Source: Cyanophora paradoxa CCMP329 (lineage: Eukaryota > Plantae > Glaucophyta). From it: a stretch of 64,000 bases of DNA. Under the pieces are notes generated by a model. It saw nothing but the letters and a program-made list of their open reading frames with translations, was not told the DNA's origin and searched no databases. A program made the position numbers and the translations under genes. The first letter of the stretch is position 1. Each line of letters opens with the position of its first letter. The stretch covers positions 1-64,000 of the forward strand of contig QPMI01000555.1 of NCBI GenBank assembly GCA_004431415.1, given 5' to 3'. Of this stretch, positions 56,101 through 64,000 are shown in pieces.

Positions 56101-59029
56101 CTCTGGGGAAGGGTTTCAGAGGGGTACGGGACGGGATGAGAGCGGGGCGCCCACCCGAGGATGTCGCGGGTCTCGGGGCCGCGGCGGTACCGCCCGCCGC
56201 CGCCCGAGCCGCAGGCGGCAGCGACGATCTCGCCCTCGTGCGCGTGGCGCCCGGCCCCGCGGCCCATCAGCAGCCGCAGCAGCTCGAGGTCGGCGGCGGC
56301 CGCTGCGATCGCCGCGGCGCTCCGGCCCTCCGCGTCGCGCGCGCCGATGTCGGCGCCGGCGTCGAGCAGCGCCCGGACCGTCTCGAGGCCATCCTCGCCC
56401 TTGCTCGCGGCGACGGCGACGAGCAGCGGCGTCCGCCCGCGGGCCTCGCCCCGGCCGCGGCCCCTGCCCCTCCCCTCCTCCTCCTTCTCCGCATCCTTCG
56501 CCTCCAGCGCCGCGCCCCGCTCGATCAGGAAGCTGCGAGAGGGGCGTGAGGGGCGGATGCACGCAGAAGAACCGACGGGCGCGACGCAAGGGAAGGGCGC
56601 ACCGGACGGTCTCGGCCCCCGCCTCCGCGTTGCCCGCCGCAAGGTGCAGCGCTGCGGAGGCGGCGGCGTGCTCAAGCCGCGCAGAGGCGTGAGGGCGGGG
56701 CGCGCGCGCGTGCGCACGGGAGGAGCCCTCGCAGTACTCGTTGACGTCCGCCCCGTTGTCGAGGATCAGCCTGCAGGCGCAGGCGCCGGTCGACGTCGCC
56801 CAAGGCCCGGGCAGGCCAGGCCAGCGAGCGGGCCGGCCGGCGGGGCGCGCACCGGAGGCAGGCGTCGAAGTCCTCCGCGGACTCGCCGTGCTCGCGCCGG
56901 CCCATCAGGAGCTTGTGCAGGAGCGTCTCGCCCTGCCCCGCAGAATCTCAGAATCTCATCTAAAAGTGGGGAGGGGCCCGGGGCGCGCTCGGATGTGGGG
57001 CCCGCCGCGCTCCTCGTCAGAGAGGTACGCGAGGTTCGTGTCGACCTTTCGCTCCAGGAACCACCTGCGCGGAAGGCGTCGGAAGCTCAAGCGAGGCGAA
57101 GGCGGGGCTGGGGAGGGGTACGCGGACCTGGCGACGGAGTAGACGCCGCGCGCGAGTGCGAAGGCGAGCGCCTGAGCCACGGCGGGGTGCCGCGTCGGCA
57201 GCCGCAGCCCCGCCTCCTCCAGCGCCCTGGGTACGGTGATGCAGGCCTGGGTATGGCGCGAAAGGCAGGGGAGGGGGTGGGAGGGGGTACGGGTACGCAC
57301 GCGAGGATGGTGAGGCGGTTTTTCGTGTACATGCCCGAGACCTGCGGCCGGGTGAGAACGAAGGAAAAAGGGCCCCGACGGGGCTCGAACCTGGTAGAGG
57401 AGGTTCTGCTCGATGGTGCACGTGTCCTGCCATCCGTAGAAGGGGTCGGCCCCCGCCCGCAGAAGCTCCCTGCGAGGGTGGCGTGGGCCGAACGAACAAA
57501 GAGGAGCGAGACTAACGATAACAAGAGGAGATCTAGACAAATCAAAGCACTGCAGGGTCTTGAGCATCAGAGGCGCCTTCTCGTGGGCGCTCGAGGCGAG
57601 CGGCCGCATGATGGGCGTCCGGTTCGACGCGTCCGCCTGGTTGACCGGCGCCCCCGCCTCCAGCAGCGCCCTTCTCTCTCGGGTCAGACGGCGGCTCGGA
57701 CGCTCAGGCGGCAAAGACGGCTCGGACGGCGCACCGGACGGAGGGTATGTCGAAGTTGAACGCGGCGGCGTGCAGGGCGGGGCACCACGCCGAGTCCAGC
57801 ACGCCGCTCGCTTTCAGGGCCTGCCGGGGTACAGGTCCGCGCGCGTCAGGGCGGTCTGCACGCCGCCGATCGCGAGGGGGGTACGTGTACGCGCATTGGG
57901 GTTCGCGGGATCGGCCCCGCACTGCAGGAGGGCCCGCACGGCCTCCAGGCGCCCCTCCTTCGCCGCGAGGCCTGCCCCGATTGGATGTTGGCGCCGATTC
58001 GAGGGCCGGGGGCGCAGGGGGCCGGGCACTGACCGAGGGCGCTGTTGAGGCCGGAGTCGGGGCGGTCGACGGGCGCCCCGCGCGAGGCGAGGAGGCGGAC
58101 CACCGCCGCGTGGCCGCCCCGCGCCGCCCGCTCCAGCGCCGAGTAGCCCGCCAGCACGTACTCGGGCGGGGGCGGCCGCCCCTCCGCCTCGTCCTCCTCC
58201 TCCTGCTCCGGCGTGCGCCTGGGCGGGGGCACCCCCTCGACCTCGCCGGGGTCCGCCCCCCTCTCCAGCAGCTCCCGCACGCAGCCGAGGTGCCCGTTCC
58301 CCGCCGCCATCAGCAGCGGCGTGAGCCACGCGCTGTTCTCCTTCACGCGGCGTCGCGGGTCGGCGCCGGCGTCGAGGGCGACGCGGAGGCAGGCGGCCGA
58401 GCCCTCGCGCGCGGAGCCCGCCGCGATGCTCTCGACCACCTCCGCGGGGGCGCCGCCCTCGCCACCAGCTCCCTGCGCGCCCGCCCGCCGCCCCTCAGAA
58501 AGACAGAGAGAGAGAGAGAGGCGGCCCGAAGACCTAGACCGCGGGGAGGGGTGCACCGGAGGACTTCGAAGTGGCCGCCCAGCGCGGCCAGCTCGTAGGG
58601 CCCCGCCTTGTGCCCGTGCCGCGCCCCGGCGAGGCGCCCCGCGCCAGCAGCTCCCTGGCCCCGCCCGCCGCCTGTCAGAAAGACAGGCGAGAAAGAGAGA
58701 GGGCGCGCGGGCCTCCTCAGAGAGAGATTGCGCACCGGACGAGCTCAAGGTCGCCGCGCTCGGCGGCGAGGGGCAGCGCCGCCTCAGGCGCCCTCGCCCC
58801 TTCCTCCTCCACAGCGTACGCCGCGTCGTCCACGGGGCAGCCGAGCTCCAGGAGCGCCCTGGCAGCAAGCGCGTAAAGGGACCAGCGGGCACCGGGGCGG
58901 GCGGAAGGGACGGCGCGCGCACACTGAGACTCCTCGCGGCCCAGGCCCCACTGGATGAGCGTCTAGCGGCGTCGCCGCCATGTCTAGCGGCGCGGGGCCC
59001 GGGTCCCGCGAGTGATCGGAACCGGCGAT
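53168..59029 (-). pseudogene. Segmental duplicate of ANK-TIR gene (matches ~33517-39443), lacking the last exons
   Basis: Colinear high-identity copy; homology ends abruptly at TCGGAAGAAGAT (~53168) and GGAACCGGCGAT (~59029); putative ATG at 58981. Confidence 0.85.
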
Positions 59030-59965
59030 CGGGATTTGCGCTCTCAATGCGTAAATCGAGTTTTGCGCCGACTGAATGCGAGTAAAGAAGACCGTAGCCG
59101 AGCGCCAGGCACGAAAGAGCCGAGCGACTCGCTAGCCGCGGAGCGGCGCGAGGCGAGCACGGGATGAGCAGCAGGCTGCAGCGAACGTCCCGCAGGGGAC
59201 TAGCTGAACTAGCCGTTGGGCCGAGCCGGCGGGCTTGAAGCCGCCGAGCTCCGGGGGGTACGCTGATTCGGGGTTTCCCTTCACGCCCAGCTTCGCTCGC
59301 GGCCGCTCCAGGCCACGAAGCGACCAGCGGCGAAGCGAAATCGCCACAGCCAGCACAGCAATCACTCCTAAACAGCCCTGTCGGACCGGTGGCCGCACAT
59401 ATCGGCCGTCCCTCCCATTGCACGGAGCCGACCCAACTCCGCAGCACCATGACTAGCTGCAGTGGAGCGCGATCCCGCGGCAGCGACTGTGAAGCAGTTC
59501 TGCCTCGTTGGCTGGCCGGAGCAAACCCTGTTCCCAGCGATCCTCCCGGAATCGGCCCCGGGCCCCGATTCACGCTTGAATCTGGTGCCTTACTGCCGTG
59601 CCGGTACGTGGATTCACGTCCGGGCCCGCCCGCCACGCTCGCATCCAGCGCGCGCTGGCTATCCCGGGGGCCCACCGTCAGTCCGCGGCCGCCGGCTTGC
59701 CTATACACTCTATAAGCGTGTATTGAGACCCGCCGCGCGATTCCGCCGGATCCCTGACCATTCCCTGCGCGCATGATCCGGGAGCTCCTCGGCGCTCGAG
59801 CCGGACGCCGCCGCCGCGCCACGCCGGCGGAGCTCGCGCAGGACCGCCCCGGCCTGCTGGCGCTCGCGCTGCAGGCCCACCGCGCCGTCGGGGCTTGGAT
59901 CGTGCCTTACGCGTGATCCACCGACGGACGGTGCCCGGCCGCCCGCGCGGCTCGGGGTGGCGACG

Positions 59966-60760
59966 GAGTACGGTTCTCGCTGGCGGAACCGCTGCGAGTC
60001 GGCCCGCTGGCGCTTGCCGCTGCGGGCCCCGTCCTCGGAGTTCCGGGGACCGCTGGCGCGGCGCGCCGCGGTCCCGGCCTGCCCCGCAGGCCCCGGCCGC
60101 GCCCGCGGCCGGCGAGCTCCACCCCGGAGTACGGCCTCGCTGGCGGAACCGCTGCGAGTCGGCCCGCTGGCGCTTGCCGCTGCGGGCCCCGTGCTCGGAG
60201 TTCCGGGGACCGCTGGCGCGGCGCGCCGCGGTCCCGGCCTGCCCCGCAGGCCCCGGCCGCGCCCGCGGCCGGCGAGCTCCACCCCGGAGTACGGCCTCGC
60301 TGGCGGATCCGCTGCGAGAGGGCCCGCTGGCGCGGCGCGCTGCGGGCCCCGTACTCGGAGTTCCGGGGACCGCTGGCGCGGCGCGCCGCGGTCCCGCCGG
60401 GCCGGCCTGCCCCGCAGGCCCCGGCCGCGCCCGCGGCCGGCGAGCTCCACCCCGGAGCACGGCCTCGCTGGCGGAACCGCTGCGAGATGGCCCGCTGGCG
60501 CTTGCCGCTGCGGGCCCCGTGCTCGGAGTTCCGGGGACCGCTGGCGCGGCGCGCCGCGGTCCCGGCCTGCCCCGCAGGCCCCGGCCGCGCCCGCGGCCGG
60601 CGAGCTCCACCCCGGAGTACGGCCTCGCTGGCGGAACCGCTGCGAGATGGCCCGCTGGCGCTTGGCACCGCTTGCCCGGCGCTGCGGGCCCCGTCCTCTG
60701 AGTTCCGGCCCGGGGACCGCTGGCGCGTCGCGCTGCGGGCCCCGCCGCCCCGAGGCCGCA
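59966..60760. repeat. 160-bp GC-rich tandem repeat, ~4.5 copies
   Basis: GGAG(T/C)ACGG..CTCGCTGGCGGA at 59966, 60126, 60286, 60454, 60614. Confidence 0.95.
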
Positions 60761-60819
60761 CTCCGTCGGAGTGCCCGCTGCGCATGCCGGCCGCCTCGCG
60801 ATCGATCGCGATCGCAGAG

Positions 60820-60915
60820 TGTTTTTGTTTTTTGTTTGTTTTCGGTCGATTTTAGTCAATTCAATGGTTGATTCGACCTAAAACAAAACAAAACAAAAAC
60901 AAAAAACAAAAAACG
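60820..60915. repeat. AT-rich imperfect inverted repeat between the two satellites
   Basis: (GTTTT)n-GGTCGA ... TCGACC-(AAAAC)n. Confidence 0.75.
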
Positions 60916-61489
60916 CGAACCCGGCCGCCGCCGGCCCGCCGGCGCTGGACCGGCGGACCCGCGAACCCGCGGGCCGCGGCGGCCGGCCCGGGCCGGGGCG
61001 CCCCGCGGCCGCGCGCGCGGCGCGCGCGCGCGGCGCGCGGTCTCGCTGCCGCAGTGCCAGGCTGGCGCTTCGAATTCCGGGCGCTTCCGCTCAGAATCCG
61101 CTGCCGCAGTGCGCATCAGCAGCGCATCGATATCGCCACATGCCCGGCCGGCGGCCGGGCGGCCGCACGAAAACTAGCCGCCGTACTGCAGCCGCAGCCG
61201 CCGTGCGCGTGCGAGACACTGCGAGTCAGCCCGGACTCACTGAGTCAGCCGACGCCGCGGCGCCCGACACCGCAACTGCAGCTGCAGCTGCCTGGCTGGC
61301 GCTTCCGCTGCCGCAATGCTGTCGCTGGCACGTTACGCTGCGGACTACGGTCGACGTCCTCGCTGGCGCTCTAGATCTCGCTGCGAGTCGGCCCGCTGAC
61401 GACCTTCCGCGCATCCGCGCCGCTCGGCTCGCCGCCACCGCCGGACCTGCTGGCGCAGGGCGGACCGACCGCTGGCTCGCCTGCGGCGC

Positions 61490-64000
61490 CCCCCGGCTGG
61501 AGCCCAGGGCCCCACCTCCGCCCCGAGGTCCGTCGCGGTCTCGCATGGCCTCGCACCGCCGCTCGACCCGCCGCCGCTGCATAACCTGCTTACGCAGGGC
61601 GGGCCGGCAGCTGGCTCGCCTGCGTCGCTCTCCGGCTGGAGCCCAGGGCTCCACCTCCGCCCCGAGGTCCGTCGCGACCTCGCGCGGCCCCGCGCTGCTG
61701 CGCGACCCGCCGCCGCCGCGTAACCTGCTTACGCAGGGCGGGCAGGCCGCTGGCTCGTATGCGGCACTCTCCAGCTAGAGCCCAGGGTTCCACCGACGCC
61801 CCGAGGTCCGTCGCGGCCTCGCGCGGCCCCGCCGCGCCGCCGCTCGACCCGCCACCGCCGCATAACCTGCTTGCGCAGGGCGGGCCGCCCGTTGGCTCGC
61901 ATGCAGCGCTCCCCGGCTGGAGCCCAGGGCCCCACCTCCGCCCCGCGGTCCGTCACGGCTTCGCGCGGCCCCGCGCTGCTGCTCGACATGCCACTGCCGC
62001 CTGACCTGCTTGCGCAGGGCGGGCCGCTGGTGCGCATGCAGCGCTCCCCGGCTGGAGCCCAGGGCCACACTTCCGCCCCGAGGTCCGTCACGGCCTCGCG
62101 CAGCCCCGCCGCCGCTCGACCCGCCACCGCCGCTTCAGACCCGCCGCCGCCGCATAACCTGCTTGCGCAGGGCGGGCCGACCGCTGGCTCGCATGCAGCG
62201 CTCCCCGGCTGGAGCCCAGGGCTCCACCTCTGCCCCGAGGTCCGTCACGGCTTCGCGCGGCCCCGCGCTGCCGCTCGACCCGCCGCCGCCGCATAACCTG
62301 CTTGCGCAGGGCGGGCCGGCCGCTGGCTCGCATGCAGCGCTCCCCGGCTGGAGCCCAGGGCTCCGCCTCCGCACCACGGTCCGTCACGGCCTCGCGCGGC
62401 CCCGCCGCCGCTCGACCCGCCACCGCCGCTTAACCTGCTTGCGCAGGGCGGGCCGGCCGCTGGCTCGCATGCAGCGCTCCCCGGCTGGAGCCCAGGGCTC
62501 CGCCTCCGCCCCGAGGTCCGTCACGGCCTCGCACGGCCCCGCGCTGCCGCTCGACCCGCCGCCGCCGCATAACCTGCTTGCGCAGGGCGGGCCGGCCGCT
62601 GGCTCGACCGCGGCGCTCTCCGGCTGGAGCCCAGGGCTCCACCTCCGCCCTGAGGTCCAAAAACGACCTCGCGCGGCCCCGCGCCCGCCGCTCGACCCGC
62701 CGCCGCCGCCTGCCCTGCTTGCACGGGACAGGCCGGCGGCTGGCTCGCATGCAGCGCTCCCCGGCTGGAGCCCAGGGCCCCACCTCCGCCCCGAGGTCCG
62801 TCGCGGCCTCGCGCGGCCCCGCGCCGCCGCTCGACCCGCCGCCGCCGCCTGACCTGCTTGCACAGGGCGGGCCGGCCGCTGGCTCACCTGCCGCGCTCCC
62901 CGGCTGGAGCCCAGGGCTCCATCTCCGCCCCGAGGTCCATCACAGCCTCGCGTGGCACCGCACTGCTGCTCGGCCCGCCGCCGCCGCATCACCTGCTTGC
63001 GCAGGGCGGGCCGGCCGCTGGCTCGCATGCAGCACTCCCCGGCTGGAGCCCAGGGCTCCACCTCCGCCCCGAGGTCCGTCACGGCCTCGCGCGGCCCCGC
63101 GCTGCCGCTCGACCCGCCGCCGCCGCATAACCTGCCGCAGTGCTGGCGCGGGGCGGGCCAGCCGCTGGCTCGCAGGCAGCGCTCCCCGGCTCGAGCCCAG
63201 GGCCCCACCTCCACCCCGAGGTCCGTCACGGCCTCGCGCGGCCCCGCGCTGCCGCTCGACCCGCCGCCGCCGCATAACCTGCTTGCGCAGGGCGGGCTGG
63301 CCGCTGGCTCGCATGCAGCACTCCCCGGCTGGAGCCCAGGGCTCCACCTCCGCCCCGAGGTCCGTCACGGCCTCGCGCGGCCCCGCACTGCCGCTCGACC
63401 CGCCGCCGCCGAAAAACCTGCTTGCGCAGGGCGGGCCGGCCGCTGGTTCGCATGCAGCGCCCCCCGGCTGGAGTCCAGGGCTCCACCTCCGCTCCCGGGG
63501 TCCGTCACGGCTTCGCACGGCCCTGCGCTGCCGCTCGACCCTCCACCGCTGCATAACCTGCTTGCGCAGGGCGGGCCGCCCGTTGGCTCGCATGCAGCGC
63601 TCCCCGGCTGGAGCCCAGGGCCCCACCTCCGCCCCGAGGTCAATCACGGCCTCGCGCAGCCCCGCGCTGCTGCTCGACCCGCCGCCGCCGCATAACCTGC
63701 TTTCGCAGGGCGGGCCGGCCGCTGGCTCGCATGCAGCTCTCCACGGCTGGAGTCCAGGGCTCCACCTCCGCCCCGAGGTCCGTCACGGCCTCGCGCAGCC
63801 CCGCGCTGCCGCTCGACCCACCGCCGCCGCATAACCTGCTTGCACAGGGCGGGCCGGCCACTGGCTCGCATGCAGCGCTCCCCGGCTGGAGCTCAGGGCT
63901 CCACCGCTGCCCCGAGGTCCGTCACGGCCTCGCGCGGCCCCGCGCTGCAGCTCGGCGTACCGCCACTGCCTGACCTGCTGGCGCAGGGCGGGCCGGCCGC
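61490..64000. repeat. ~140-bp GC-rich satellite, ~18 copies, runs off window end
   Basis: CCGGCTGGAGCCCAGGG...GAGGTCCGTCACGG...GCATAACCTGCTTGCGCAGGGCGGG recurring every 137-147 nt (one longer unit). Confidence 0.97.

Noticed and set aside
57846-59822. 658-aa ORF
   Set aside because: Crosses the duplication breakpoint and several introns; only the ankyrin exon portion is credible
59966-64000. Long ORFs or CRISPR-like array in the satellites
   Set aside because: Whole units repeat with no unique spacers; unit lengths are mostly not multiples of 3; ORFs reflect stop-codon scarcity at very high GC
1-64000. rRNA, tRNA, reverse transcriptase or transposase genes; most Arg/Ala/Pro-rich ORFs in the track
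   Set aside because: No diagnostic motifs seen; the numerous overlapping ORFs are GC-content artefacts

Overview
GC-rich eukaryotic (protist/algal) genomic DNA with very short introns (about 50-105 nt, GTGCGC-type donors, frequent GC donors). An Archaeplastida host such as a glaucophyte is plausible but is inference only. Layout: (1) 1-~5.7 kb is the end of a gene-dense, nearly intron-free endogenous virus-like element (FN3-repeat protein, two tandem paralogous beta-rich proteins, degenerate HNH protein, two orphans), punctuated by three telomere-like (TGGGACT)n arrays with shared flanks. (2) 6459-10336 is a 3.9-kb minus-strand insertion with poly(A), an exact 16-bp TSD and an apparently 5'-truncated ORF, yet it carries two head-to-head genes with intact spliceosomal introns (AT-hook protein; stand-alone viroplasmin/RNase H1-N domain protein). 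This is the most unusual object here. (3) ~10.9-27.7 kb is four tandem 3-5 kb chimeric units (4-exon orphan gene, nested antisense relic, 3' half of an At1g16080-like gene), one hit by a second retroposon. (4) An intact 11-exon PLAC8 gene with two 8-nt micro-exons. (5) An ankyrin-TIR-TIR-coiled-coil gene with one long duplicate and two 3' fragments. (6) MITEs and palindrome-rich spacer DNA. (7) A multi-CUB single-pass membrane protein. (8) 160-bp and ~140-bp satellites running off the window end. All gene models and domain calls were made by eye and from memory of the families; no searches were run.
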